Shown here: in pieces, positions 15,695 to 25,060 of the stretch
How positions within the stretch are numbered: position 1 is the stretch's first letter
Layout: every line of letters begins with the position of its first letter
NCBI GenBank assembly: GCA_043754515.1
Contig: JAYUUO010000222.1
Span: 1-28,381, forward strand
DNA length: 28,381 bases
DNA from: Armatimonadota bacterium
GTDB taxonomy: Bacteria; Armatimonadota; Armatimonadia; Armatimonadales; Armatimonadaceae
Direction: 5' to 3'
Made by a program: the position numbers and the translations under genes
The notes under the pieces: generated by a model
Told to the model about the DNA's origin: nothing
Databases searched by the model: none
What the model saw: only the letters and a program-made list of their open reading frames with translations

Positions 15695-15857
15695 ACGTCC
15701 CCACGCTACGGCGGGGGGGGAGCCATTTTCCCCGTGTCGCTTGCAACGTCGCTAACCGTGACCTGATTTTACCCACGGCAAGTCAGCTTATCAAGAAAAA
15801 ACGGAACTGTTTTTCGCCGCACCAATTCACGCCATTTCGAGGCACTGCGGGATCATC

Positions 15858-16871
15858 TTACCGCAGCAACCGCTCGACCAATCCGTCCAGTTCGTCCGCC
15901 GAGAAGAAGCCCAGTTCTATCCGCCCCGTCCCGCCGCCCGCGTCGAAATGCACCCGCACCTTCGTCCCGAACGCCGTGCGGAGCGTGTCCTCTAAAGCGA
16001 CGCGATTCGGGTCGGAGGTCGGTATCGCCGTGCCGGTCATAGCGACGGCTTTGCCCGCGCCCTTCGCGGCGGCGTCCGCTTTGCGCGTCCCCGTCTCCAG
16101 CGCGACCTCCGGTTCGATGCGCATCATCCGCTCGACGTCGCGCACGGTGAGTTTTTCGCCCACCGTGCGGTCGAACACCATCTTTTGGCGGGCGCGGAAC
16201 GCCTCGTTGTCGCTCTCCGCCCCCTCGCCGCCGAGCAGGCCGCGCGCGTGGCCTTCGGACAACTCGCCGCGCTCCACCGACTCCTGGATTTCGGGCGGTA
16301 GTTTCAAGAGGCGCAAATGGTTCGCGACCGACACGCGGCTTTTGCCGACCCGCTTGCCCATTTCGTCTTGGGTCCAGCCGAAATCGCCCATCAGCCGGGC
16401 GTAGGCGCGGGCGGTTTCGAGCGGCCCGATGTCCTGCCGGATCAGGTTCTCGATCAGAGCGACTGCGAGGGCCTGCTCGTCGGACAGGTCGCGGATCACG
16501 ACCGGGATCGTTGTCCGCCCGGCGTCACGCGCGGCGCGGTAGCGCCGCTCCCCCGCCACGATCTCGTAGCCTGGGAGCGGCGCGGGGCGCGGCCGCACCA
16601 GGATCGGCTGTAGCACACCGTTCTGCTGGATAGACGCCGACAGTTCCGCTAGCGCGGTCGGGTCGAAGTGTGTGCGGGGCTGGTTTGGGTTCGGGTGCAA
16701 CAGCGTCAGCGGCACCTCCTCGCCGATGGGCTGCTTGCCCGCGCCGATGGTCCCGGCGAGACCCAGGCTCCCCCTAGCGTTTTCTCTGCCACCATCGGGT
16801 ATTAGATCGGCTAGCCCCCGTCCCAGGACTGGACGAGCCGTTTTTTGTGGGGCCGTAGCGACGTTCGACAT
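15858..16871 (-). CDS. parB: chromosome partitioning protein ParB/Spo0J
   Basis: LGRGL, PNPNQPR, GVLQPILVR, IVAGERRYRA, ALIENL.R and HTH GKSRVSVANHLRLL. Confidence 0.97.
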   Translation of the reverse strand: MSNVATAPQKTARPVLGRGLADLIPDGGRENARGSLGLAGTIGAGKQPIGEEVPLTLLHPNPNQPRTHFDPTALAELSASIQQNGVLQPILVRPRPAPLPGYEIVAGERRYRAARDAGRTTIPVVIRDLSDEQALAVALIENLIRQDIGPLETARAYARLMGDFGWTQDEMGKRVGKSRVSVANHLRLLKLPPEIQESVERGELSEGHARGLLGGEGAESDNEAFRARQKMVFDRTVGEKLTVRDVERMMRIEPEVALETGTRKADAAAKGAGKAVAMTGTAIPTSDPNRVALEDTLRTAFGTKVRVHFDAGGGTGRIELGFFSADELDGLVERLLR

Positions 16872-17625
16872 CTGCGAGGAGTTCCTTTGCTATGGTTTCG
16901 TACGCGATCGCGCCTTTGCTGCGCGGGTCGTATACAGAAATGGGTTGTCCGAACGACGGTGCTTCGGAGAGTCGGATATTTCGGGGCACGACGGTCGGGG
17001 ACACGGCGTCTCCGAAGTAGGATTTTACTTCCTGCATCACCTGGTTCGCGAGGTTGGTTCGCCCGTCGAACAGGGTCAGGATCACCTTCCCGATGGTCAG
17101 GTCCGGGTTCAAATGCAACCGAACCCGCTCCGTGATCTCCAGCAACTGCGTGATGCCTTCCAGCGCGTAATATTCGCACTGAAGCGGGATCAGCACCTGA
17201 TTCGCGGCGGTGAGCGTGTTGACCGTGATCATGCCGAGGGACGGCGGCGAATCAATGATCACGAAATCGTACTCGTCCGCGATGGCGTCAATCGCCTTTT
17301 TGAGCACGAACTCACGCTCCTCGCGGTTGAGCAGTTCGATCTCGGTCGCGGCGAGGTTGATGGTCGCTGGCAACACATCAAGCCCCGGAATCGCGGTCGC
17401 TTTGCGCGCTTCACGAATGGGCTGATCCTGAACCAGCACGGTGTAGGTGTCCGCGACCACGGTACGCCGGTCAATACCACATCCCGACGTCGCGTTCCCC
17501 TGCGGGTCGGTATCAATGAGTAGCACCCGCCGCCCTTCCGCGAGGTACGCGGCGAGGTTCACGGCGGTGGTGGTTTTACCGACGCCGCCTTTCTGGTTGA
17601 CGACCGCCCAAACAATGGCTGGCAT
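16774..17625 (-). CDS. parA: chromosome partitioning ATPase ParA/Soj
   Basis: NQKGGVGKTTT, DTDPQGNAT, IDSPPSLG, QCEYYALEG and PRNIRLSEAPSFG. The start is placed at ATG 17625 because the ORF extension to 17757 crosses the promoter and parS sites. Confidence 0.97.
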   Translation of the reverse strand: MPAIVWAVVNQKGGVGKTTTAVNLAAYLAEGRRVLLIDTDPQGNATSGCGIDRRTVVADTYTVLVQDQPIREARKATAIPGLDVLPATINLAATEIELLNREEREFVLKKAIDAIADEYDFVIIDSPPSLGMITVNTLTAANQVLIPLQCEYYALEGITQLLEITERVRLHLNPDLTIGKVILTLFDGRTNLANQVMQEVKSYFGDAVSPTVVPRNIRLSEAPSFGQPISVYDPRSKGAIAYETIAKELLADVERRYGPTKNGSSSPGTGASRSNTRWWQRKR

Positions 17626-17666
17626 GAGGAGCGCGCGATTCCTTTTCGGGGTACGTTGGCGGGATA

Positions 17667-17682
17667 ATTTCCACGTGAAACA
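17667..17682. promoter_or_regulatory. parS site (2 mismatches)
   Basis: ATTTCCACGTGAAACA versus consensus TGTTNCACGTGAAACA. Confidence 0.75.
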
Positions 17683-17704
17683 TAAACAGGGCACCCGCGA
17701 ACCG

Positions 17705-17733
17705 ATTATACACGGTTTGCGGGGGTTTGCGAA
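17705..17733 (-). promoter_or_regulatory. sigma70-type promoter of parAB
   Basis: Minus strand TTCGCA-17 nt-TATAAT, lying between the two parS sites. Confidence 0.6.
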
Positions 17734-17740
17734 GACTTTT

Positions 17741-17756
17741 TGTTTCACATGAAACA
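17741..17756. promoter_or_regulatory. parS site (1 mismatch)
   Basis: TGTTTCACATGAAACA. Confidence 0.88.
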
Positions 17757-17874
17757 ATAGCAGGAGATAATACGACTTTTTCGCCTCGATAAGCGACGCG
17801 ACGCCGCCCTGCCGCGCACACCGAAATCGGGAGGGGAGGCCCGGCGTGCGAGAGGCAACACCGAACCGCCCGAT

Positions 17875-18285
17875 TCAGCAACCCTCGTCGGGCGAGCAAC
17901 ACGCCTGAGCCGAGGGCGGCTCCTCCAGGAAGAATATACCGAGGAGCGCGAGATCGTCCGGGTTAATGCCGCAGATCATGTTCTTACCGCGCCGCTCCAT
18001 GCGGACAAGACCGGCGCGACGCAGTTCTTTGAGATGCTCTGATATGGTGGATGTTATCCGCTCTTTGCCAGTGACGTGGCAACAAACCTCGCCCACCGTC
18101 GGCCCCACGACCGCGCGGACGTTGCCGTCGTCGTCAAGCGCGACGGGGGAATGTTGCCCGCGCAGGAACTGGTAAATGCGGAGCCGGGTCGGGTCGCCCA
18201 GGGCTTTGAACTTAGCCGCCAATTCGTTCACATCGGCGGGCGGCGCGGCCTGTCTTTCGGCGGGTGCCATCGAAAGGGTGTGCAT
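17875..18285 (-). CDS. ArsR/SmtB-family transcriptional regulator
   Basis: FKALGDPTRLRI, STISEHLKELRRAGLV; VCC and a C-terminal CC...C. Start placed at MHTLS (18285). Confidence 0.9.
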   Translation of the reverse strand: MHTLSMAPAERQAAPPADVNELAAKFKALGDPTRLRIYQFLRGQHSPVALDDDGNVRAVVGPTVGEVCCHVTGKERITSTISEHLKELRRAGLVRMERRGKNMICGINPDDLALLGIFFLEEPPSAQACCSPDEGC

Positions 18286-18358
18286 CAGAAGGTTTTTTCT
18301 CTCCGGGCTGTAGTATACCGGACAAACCTGCGTGGCTCGGCGGCGCGAGCCACGCAGG

Positions 18359-19186
18359 TCAGACGCAAAGATCCAGGCCGTCATAAGCGACCCGGATCCC
18401 ATGCGGCGCGGCGCGTTCCGACAACTCCGCGTGGTCGAGCATCCCCGTGTGCGATATGTGCGTGAGGTAGAACGGCGCGCCCACCGCGAGCCCACCGCCA
18501 CCGACCAGTTTCTCTTTCACGGAGACGCAACCGGCGAGGGAAAGATGGCCATCGTAACCGTTCTCGAGTTCGCCCAACCCGCACTCCAGAACCACCGCGT
18601 CGAGGCGACGCCCGGCCAGGAAATCCCAGGTTGCCCCGTTGTACCAGCCGGTGTCGGACGCGTACAGGATAGTTTTGCCGCTACGCGGGTCGGTCAGCAA
18701 ATAGTTGAGACAGAGTTCGTCCTTTTTGTGATGGGCGGAGATCGGCGTCACGTCGAGGTGTGCGACACGATAGGTGCGGAATGGCTCCACGGCACGCAAC
18801 GAAAGGGGTGCCGGCTCAAAAAACTTACCCATCGTCGTCTGAACCCGATCTAGCAGGTATTGCGTCCCCCAAATCCCAAGCGTACGCGCGCGGCAGGGCG
18901 CGAAGTTCGGCGACAGGTACTGCAACTCCCGCGCGGCGAAGTGATCGTCGTGCGAATGAGTGAAGAGAAGGTGAGTGATGTCGCACAACAGGAGCGACGG
19001 ATAGGCATGAACTTGGGCGAGCGTGTCGGGGGGCAGATCAATGCGGATCACCCCGTCCACGAGAACACTCGCGCGAAGCCGCAGATCCGCCCCCCCCTGT
19101 CTACGACAGCGCGAGCAGACGGCGCAGTCGCAAAAGAGAGCGGGAACCCCCTCTGCCGCCCCGGTACCTAAAAAGAATATTTTCAT
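18359..19186 (-). CDS. MBL-fold metallo-hydrolase, PhnP-like phosphodiesterase
   Basis: LGTGAAEGVP..FCDC..C, THSHDDH, YASDTG, GHL and THISH motifs. Confidence 0.9.
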   Translation of the reverse strand: MKIFFLGTGAAEGVPALFCDCAVCSRCRRQGGADLRLRASVLVDGVIRIDLPPDTLAQVHAYPSLLLCDITHLLFTHSHDDHFAARELQYLSPNFAPCRARTLGIWGTQYLLDRVQTTMGKFFEPAPLSLRAVEPFRTYRVAHLDVTPISAHHKKDELCLNYLLTDPRSGKTILYASDTGWYNGATWDFLAGRRLDAVVLECGLGELENGYDGHLSLAGCVSVKEKLVGGGGLAVGAPFYLTHISHTGMLDHAELSERAAPHGIRVAYDGLDLCV

Positions 19187-19346
19187 TGCGAATCACGGCG
19201 GTGTCGGCAACTTCCCGGTTCCACGACAGTGCCCAAGGAACCTTTTAGCAATAGGGCACCCGGTATCCTCCCTTATTTTTTGTTTTAGCGGTGTGATAAA
19301 ACGCACACCCGGCCCCGCCGCTGTATAATCACGTCGGGTATCCCAT

Positions 19347-21335
19347 ATGTCGAGTCAAACAACGCCCCTCCCGGCGGTCACCGATCCCGTGCGCCGCGCC
19401 GTCACCCTGGCGACGCGCCTTCTACGCCAGCGACGCGCCCTGCGCTTCGGCGCGAGCGGGCTGCTCGCCGGGTCGCTCCTCGGTTGCGCGGTCGCGGTCG
19501 CGATCAGCACGAATCTGTTACGCGAAACGACGCTTCCGGGCGGCGGCGCGTTCCTCTTTTTGCCGTCCCTTGCCGGCCTACTCGCGGGCTGCTTCCATGG
19601 GGCGGCGGGGAAATACGACCCCACCAGCGTCGCGCGGCTTCTGGAGCGGCGGCTGGGTTTGCAGGAACGCCTCTCGACTGCCCTGACGGCGCGAGACGAT
19701 TCCTCGCTGTCGGAAGCCCAGCGGGAAGACGCCGACGCGCACGCGCCCGACGAAGCGCGCGTGCGCGACACCATCCCCCTGCTACCGGTCCCGCGCCGCG
19801 CCTATGCCGCGCTCGCCGTCACTGCGGCGGTCGCGCTGACCTATTTCGCGCCGACACTACCAGTGTTCTGGAGCACGACCCGCCGCGCGGAGCAGGGTAT
19901 GGTTCAAAAAGAAGGGAACCGACTCCTCGCCATCGCGAAGGCAGCCGGAGACGAAGCGCGGAAACAGAACCTGCCGGAAGCGGAAAAAGCCGCCAAAAAA
20001 GTCGAGAAGTTGGGAAAAGAAATGGCGACGGGCCGGATGCCGCTCCGTCAGGCTTTAATGGAACGGGCCAAACTCGCCGAGGAGTTGCGCAAGGCGCAGG
20101 ACAAGATCACCCGCGAGCGCGGCGACCACGACGACAAGGAGATACGCAAGGATTTGTCCGCGACCGGGCGTAGCCTTCAGAAAAACTTCCAACAAAACGG
20201 CACCACGCCCGCCCCCGATGCCGCCAAAGATTCGCCGGACACCCACATGAAAGCGATTCAGGACGCGCTGGCGCAGGGCGACAAGAGCGGCGTCGCGCGC
20301 GAACTGCGCGCGATGGCGGACGCGGCGGAACGCGGCGAACCGGCACCCGGCGCACAGAGAAGCAAAACGGGCGGGCAACTTTCCGCGCTCGGCGACGCGC
20401 TCAACCGCAACAATCTGCCGGACGCGGGTAAGTCGGCAGCATGGGCGGGCGACGCGATGCGCAAAGACGCAATGCCGGACGCCGCGCGGTCGCTCCGCGA
20501 AGCCGCCGACAAAATCGAGCAACATACCCCCACCCCGCCATCCCCGACAAGCCCCCCCAAGGGGAGCGATGCGTCCCCCAAGCCGACGGGGGAGCAGAAT
20601 GCCCTACAAAAGATGGTGGGGCAGGTTCAAAAAGCAACCGGCGCGCCAAGCGCGGGAACGCCGGGCGCGAGCCAGAACAGCGGACAGGGTAGCCAATCGG
20701 GAACGCCGCCGCGCCAGACCGGTGGCCAGCCGCAACCCGGTGACCAATCCGGGCAACCGGGCAAACCCGGTTCGCAACCGGGAAAGGCGTCGGAAGCCGC
20801 TGGGGGCGAAAAAGGGCAGGAAAAGCAGGGTTCGCAGGGCGCGGTGGGGCAGGAAAGCCATCCCGGTCAGGGTCCCACACAGGCAGGAAAAGCAGGACCG
20901 CAAAGTGGGAAGAGTGGTGGCAAAGCGGGCACGGGCGCGGGAGAAGGCAACAAACCGGGGGCCAGTCAGGGCCAGTCCGGCGCACGTAAATCGGGCGGTA
21001 GCAAAGGTGGGAACGGCATCGGGTCTGGCTCCTCGGGAGCCGCGCGAACCGGCGAATCCGCGCAACGACTCGGCAAGGGCGCGCGGGAGCAGAATGTCCA
21101 CGGTAAGCAGAGCGGCACGGGGCCGGAGACGGTGATCACGGAGAACGATAACGATCATTCCGCGCTCCCGGTCGCCTCGCTCCCGTACTACAAAGAGTTC
21201 GTCAAGAAGCAAAAGGGGCCAGCGGGCGAGTCCGCGCAGACCCGCGAGGCCGTCCCGAACGCGTACCGCGATCAAGTGCGCGGCTACTTCGATTCCGCGC
21301 CCCCCGCCCCGAAGTCCGGCGAGAAAGTACCCTGA
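19347..21335 (+). CDS. membrane-anchored coiled-coil protein with a G/Q/S-rich low-complexity tail
   Basis: N-terminal TM helices, LQERLSTAL, a helical middle, a GQ-rich tail and a C-terminal 'VP.AYRDQVRGYF'; TATAAT at 19324. Confidence 0.85.
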   Translation: MSSQTTPLPAVTDPVRRAVTLATRLLRQRRALRFGASGLLAGSLLGCAVAVAISTNLLRETTLPGGGAFLFLPSLAGLLAGCFHGAAGKYDPTSVARLLERRLGLQERLSTALTARDDSSLSEAQREDADAHAPDEARVRDTIPLLPVPRRAYAALAVTAAVALTYFAPTLPVFWSTTRRAEQGMVQKEGNRLLAIAKAAGDEARKQNLPEAEKAAKKVEKLGKEMATGRMPLRQALMERAKLAEELRKAQDKITRERGDHDDKEIRKDLSATGRSLQKNFQQNGTTPAPDAAKDSPDTHMKAIQDALAQGDKSGVARELRAMADAAERGEPAPGAQRSKTGGQLSALGDALNRNNLPDAGKSAAWAGDAMRKDAMPDAARSLREAADKIEQHTPTPPSPTSPPKGSDASPKPTGEQNALQKMVGQVQKATGAPSAGTPGASQNSGQGSQSGTPPRQTGGQPQPGDQSGQPGKPGSQPGKASEAAGGEKGQEKQGSQGAVGQESHPGQGPTQAGKAGPQSGKSGGKAGTGAGEGNKPGASQGQSGARKSGGSKGGNGIGSGSSGAARTGESAQRLGKGAREQNVHGKQSGTGPETVITENDNDHSALPVASLPYYKEFVKKQKGPAGESAQTREAVPNAYRDQVRGYFDSAPPAPKSGEKVP

Positions 21336-21338
21336 CGT

Positions 21339-22589
21339 TTGTACAGATACCTACCACGCGGCGCGACCCGCCTCCTACTTTTCGCGCTACTCGGCTTGAC
21401 CACGTTCGCCGTCGCGCAACCGCAAGCACCGGGCACGATCAGGACGCCCCGCGCGGCCGTTTCGGGACGCAAGCACAAGCCGACCGCGCGTGTCCGCCGC
21501 GCCATGCGTAAGCCAGTCCTACGCGCCCCGCGCAGGCTCGTCGTACGCACTCGCCGCTACACTCCGAAGCCGGTGACACGCGCCCGCCGCGCTGTGCCTG
21601 ACCCGGTCGCGCACGCCCGCCGCGCTACGCCGAAGCCGATAGTCGCGGTTATCCCCACCATGACGCCCGCGCCAGTGGCGTCGCCGGTGCCCCGCCTTAT
21701 CGCGCGGGGGAAAGGCGTGGTTCCCGCGGCGGGCGCGTTCACGCCGGGGGTTGCCCTCTGCTCTTTCCCCCCCCCGCTCGTTGTCAACCCGACCGGACTC
21801 GCCGCTAGTCGGCGGAACCCCGGCGTTATCTGGACACACCCTGGATCCGGGGATGGTGCCCTTTTATACGCGGTAAGCCGTGTCGGTAAAACGGTCGGCG
21901 TTTATCTGACGCGGGAGGCACACGCCGCCATGTGGCAGGGGGTCGCCTACGGACCGGGCACGGACGCAAAGGTGGGGGCACTTTACATTGGAGACATCGG
22001 CGACCCCACGCACATCCGCGCCGACATCTGTATCTACCGAATACCGGAGCCGCTCCTGTCGGTGGAAACACGCATCGGCACGCCCCAGCACCCGCTACTC
22101 TCCGAGTCGGCGACGCGACTGCTCTTCCTGTACCCGGACGGCGCGCACGACGCCGAAACGCTGCTCGTCCACCCTAAGAGCGGCGCGATCTATCTGGTCA
22201 CAAAGGAGGAGACGGGCGACGCGGGCGTTTACCGGTTCCCCCCGATCAAGAAGACCGACCCGGCACTGAAGCGGTACATGCTGGAGAAAATCGGGATGCT
22301 GGCGTTCAACGAAAAGGGGCAGTACCCTTTCCCGAACCGCGTCATCGGGGGCGACGTCGCCCCCGACGGTCGGCGCGTGGTACTCCGAACCTACTACGCC
22401 GCCTACGAATGGCGTCTCCCGGACGGCGAGCCGCTCTGGGATCGGATCTGGGCGACCACCCCGGTGATGATCCCCCTGCCCGCCGCGTCCCAAGGGGCGG
22501 GGGGGATCTGCTACGCGCCGGACGGACTCGCGCTTCTGTCGTCGTCGCGCGCCGCGCCCGCCACGGTCTACGAACTACGCGCTAAGTAA
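21339..22589 (+). CDS. secreted/periplasmic beta-propeller-like protein with an Arg/Pro-rich N-terminus
   Basis: Signal peptide; GLAASRRNPGVIWTH, LYIGDIGD, YPDGAHDAETL and GDVAPDG.RVVLRTY motifs. Confidence 0.8.
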   Translation: MYRYLPRGATRLLLFALLGLTTFAVAQPQAPGTIRTPRAAVSGRKHKPTARVRRAMRKPVLRAPRRLVVRTRRYTPKPVTRARRAVPDPVAHARRATPKPIVAVIPTMTPAPVASPVPRLIARGKGVVPAAGAFTPGVALCSFPPPLVVNPTGLAASRRNPGVIWTHPGSGDGALLYAVSRVGKTVGVYLTREAHAAMWQGVAYGPGTDAKVGALYIGDIGDPTHIRADICIYRIPEPLLSVETRIGTPQHPLLSESATRLLFLYPDGAHDAETLLVHPKSGAIYLVTKEETGDAGVYRFPPIKKTDPALKRYMLEKIGMLAFNEKGQYPFPNRVIGGDVAPDGRRVVLRTYYAAYEWRLPDGEPLWDRIWATTPVMIPLPAASQGAGGICYAPDGLALLSSSRAAPATVYELRAK

Positions 22590-22603
22590 CCACAAGCTAT
22601 GGG

Positions 22604-23386
22604 CTAAGCAGTCACGGACTGCGGATCGAGCAGTTTGGAGGGGCTGGACGCCGTCTTAAACCAGCCCAGCGGCGCGTGCGGCGCGTCAAGCACATACGGC
22701 GTCGAGGGCATGGTCGGCGCGAGCCACTTCACGCCGTTTGCGATAATCTTTTTGATCTCCGCCTGGTAATAAATCGGGTTCGACTCGTGCCCCGGCGAGA
22801 AGTAGAAGATCTTCCCGTACCCGCGCCGCCACGTACACCCGGAGCGGAACACCTCGCCGCCCGCGAAGTTCGAGATAAAGAGCAGTTCGTCCGGGGGCGG
22901 TATATCGAAGAACTCGCCGTACATCTCGTGCTCGGGGATCGAGAACACCATGGGTAAACCCTCCGTAATCGGGTGACCCGGCGCGACGTTCCAGACGGTT
23001 TCCGAGTCGCCGTCCCGCCAGCAGAGCGCGCAGGTCGTCCCCATCAGTTTGCGGAAAATCTTGCTGAAATGCGCGGAGTGAAGCACCAGAATGCCCATCC
23101 CCGAAAGAACTCGCGCGTGGATCCGGTCCACGATGGCGTCGTCCACCTTCTGGTGCGCCATATGCCCCCACCAGGTCAGTACGTCGGTGTCCGCCAGCAC
23201 CGCGTCGGTCAAGCCGTGCTCCGGGTCCTGAAGAACCACCGTGCGCACCGTCACCGCGTCGCCTAATTGCTCGCGGATGCCGTCTGCGATCGCTTCGTGC
23301 ATCCCGCGCGGGTAGATCCCGTTTACCGGATGATTTTCCTGCTGTTCGTGGCTGTTCTCGCCGAACACCGTTACCCTAATCGCCAT
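22604..23386 (-). CDS. thuA: ThuA-family (trehalose utilisation, GATase-like) protein
   Basis: IYP.GMHEAIA, PEHGLT, WWGH.AH, VLHSAHFSKIF, EMYGEFFDIP and GGEVFRSG; GGAG SD before ATG 23386. Confidence 0.9.
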   Translation of the reverse strand: MAIRVTVFGENSHEQQENHPVNGIYPRGMHEAIADGIREQLGDAVTVRTVVLQDPEHGLTDAVLADTDVLTWWGHMAHQKVDDAIVDRIHARVLSGMGILVLHSAHFSKIFRKLMGTTCALCWRDGDSETVWNVAPGHPITEGLPMVFSIPEHEMYGEFFDIPPPDELLFISNFAGGEVFRSGCTWRRGYGKIFYFSPGHESNPIYYQAEIKKIIANGVKWLAPTMPSTPYVLDAPHAPLGWFKTASSPSKLLDPQSVTA

Positions 23387-23550
23387 TTGTTCTTGCTCCA
23401 TCGGTGACGCGGAGGACACGCCACCGGGCACGTTTCGGCGGTCAGGGCGTTGTACCCCGCGTCGCGTCTCGCGCCGTGAAAAGAATACCGGATCGGGAGG
23501 CGTTTACGATACAATAGAACCACCATTTTTTTAAGGACACAGTAGCCACC

Positions 23551-24108
23551 GTGAGTGACATTCTCAACCGTTCGTTCCGCCTCGGCAAAGCCTATGTTGA
23601 CCGGGTTCGCGACGCGATAGACGACAAGCTGACCGACGCCGAGCACGGGCTGGCGAAAGACGAACTCGACGGCGATCCCGGCGACGCGCCGGGCGCGACC
23701 GCCTACGGCACCGACCCGGACGCGCTGATGCGCCGCGCCGAGGAGCGCATCGCCGCCGTCCGCCGCACGGCGGACTCGAACCTGGAGCTAGCACGGGCCA
23801 ACTCCGAAGCCGCTAACACCCATCCGACGAATGTCATGCCCACCGCAAGGCCGGTTCCCGTCGTGCCCGAGGACCCGAACATGCAGGATTACAAAGTGCT
23901 CGGCCTGGAAGCGGGGAGCGACTATTCCACCGTTCAAGCCGCCTACGAGAAGCTAGCCGCCCGCTGTGACCCGCGCCGCTTCCCAGTAGACTCGGCGGAG
24001 CAGAAGCAGGCACAGGCGATCCTGGACCGGGTGAATATCGCGTACGACAACCTGCGCAAGAACCTGTCTCCGACCGAGTCGCGCTTCGGGAAACTGGAAC
24101 TGGAGTAA
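23551..24108 (+). CDS. protein with a C-terminal J-like domain lacking HPD
   Basis: YKVLGL...VQAAYEKLAARCDPRRF...VNIAYDNL. Confidence 0.8.
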   Translation: MSDILNRSFRLGKAYVDRVRDAIDDKLTDAEHGLAKDELDGDPGDAPGATAYGTDPDALMRRAEERIAAVRRTADSNLELARANSEAANTHPTNVMPTARPVPVVPEDPNMQDYKVLGLEAGSDYSTVQAAYEKLAARCDPRRFPVDSAEQKQAQAILDRVNIAYDNLRKNLSPTESRFGKLELE

Positions 24109-24113
24109 GCGGC

Positions 24114-25028
24114 ATGACCGCCGCGTCGGTGTTTGTTTACGGAACGGTCTGCCTCGACCGGTTCGTGTTCGCGGGCGGGGCCGATGCCGGAGCGACGTTG
24201 CTACCGGGCGGCGAGGCGTTTAACACGGCGATCGCGCTCGCGGGCTGGGGCGTCCCCGCTACTTTAACAGGAACGGCGGTCGGAGACGACGCGGAGGGGC
24301 TACTCCTGCGCGAACTGCTCCAGATGCACCCGCTCGCCGCCGGGATTGACATTACCCTTCTCCCCTTCATTTCGGGCGCGGTCACGCCAGTCTGCGATAT
24401 TCGGGTAGACGCGCGGGGTGAGCGGATGATGTCTGGGCGCGGCTTTAAAGAAGCCCTCGCGCCCCCGCTTAATTTGTTGCTCCTAGGCCTCGCGGAACGC
24501 CCGCTATTTACGGTTGACCCGAATCTCGGCGAATCGGCGGTAGCCGCGACCGTCGCCGCCGCGCGTGCTGGTTGCCGCGTGGTCTCGATGGACTGCGCCG
24601 ACGTGCCCGAAATACTCGCCCTCTCCGAAATCACGCTAACCTCGGCGGAGTGGGTCGCGCGGATCGGGAAGGATGCTACCCTCGCGGACGCGACACGGCG
24701 AATGACCGACGCGGGGGCGCGAGCCGCCATCGTCACGGACGGCGCGCGCGGCATTACGGTCTATGCCCCGGAGACAGGAGCGGTCGAATGGCACCCGTCT
24801 ATCGCGCCCGACTCGCCCATCATAGACACGACCGGTGCCGGGGATATATTCCGGGCGGGGCTGTGCTACGGAATGGCGCGGGGCGAGGACATTCGAGAGT
24901 CGGTTTATTTCGCCCGCGCCGCCGCCGCGCTGCATTGCGCGAAAGTCGGGGGCGGTAGCCGCTCGTCGCTGGCGGAAGTCGCGGCGTTGATAGACGCGGC
25001 CTCGGCGCGGGAAGCCACATCGTCGTGA
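24114..25028 (+). CDS. PfkB/ribokinase-family carbohydrate kinase
   Basis: PGGEAFNTA, VGDDAEG, VTDGARG and DTTGAGD motifs. Confidence 0.92.
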   Translation: MTAASVFVYGTVCLDRFVFAGGADAGATLLPGGEAFNTAIALAGWGVPATLTGTAVGDDAEGLLLRELLQMHPLAAGIDITLLPFISGAVTPVCDIRVDARGERMMSGRGFKEALAPPLNLLLLGLAERPLFTVDPNLGESAVAATVAAARAGCRVVSMDCADVPEILALSEITLTSAEWVARIGKDATLADATRRMTDAGARAAIVTDGARGITVYAPETGAVEWHPSIAPDSPIIDTTGAGDIFRAGLCYGMARGEDIRESVYFARAAAALHCAKVGGGSRSSLAEVAALIDAASAREATSS

Positions 25029-25060
25029 CGATTTCCGAACCAGGTTATGGAGCCACCGGC

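Noticed and set aside
13750..15857. oriC in the AT-richer gaps near parAB
   Set aside because: I saw no clustered TTATCCACA-type DnaA boxes, and dnaA/dnaN are absent.
17626..17757. N-terminal extension of ParA (MFHVKQ...)
   Set aside because: MFHVKQ and FTWK are simply translated parS sites; the region holds the promoter.
20520..21130. Collagen-like or repeat-encoded element in the GQ-rich tail
   Set aside because: Low-complexity linker without sustained Gly-X-Y periodicity or DNA-level tandem repeats.
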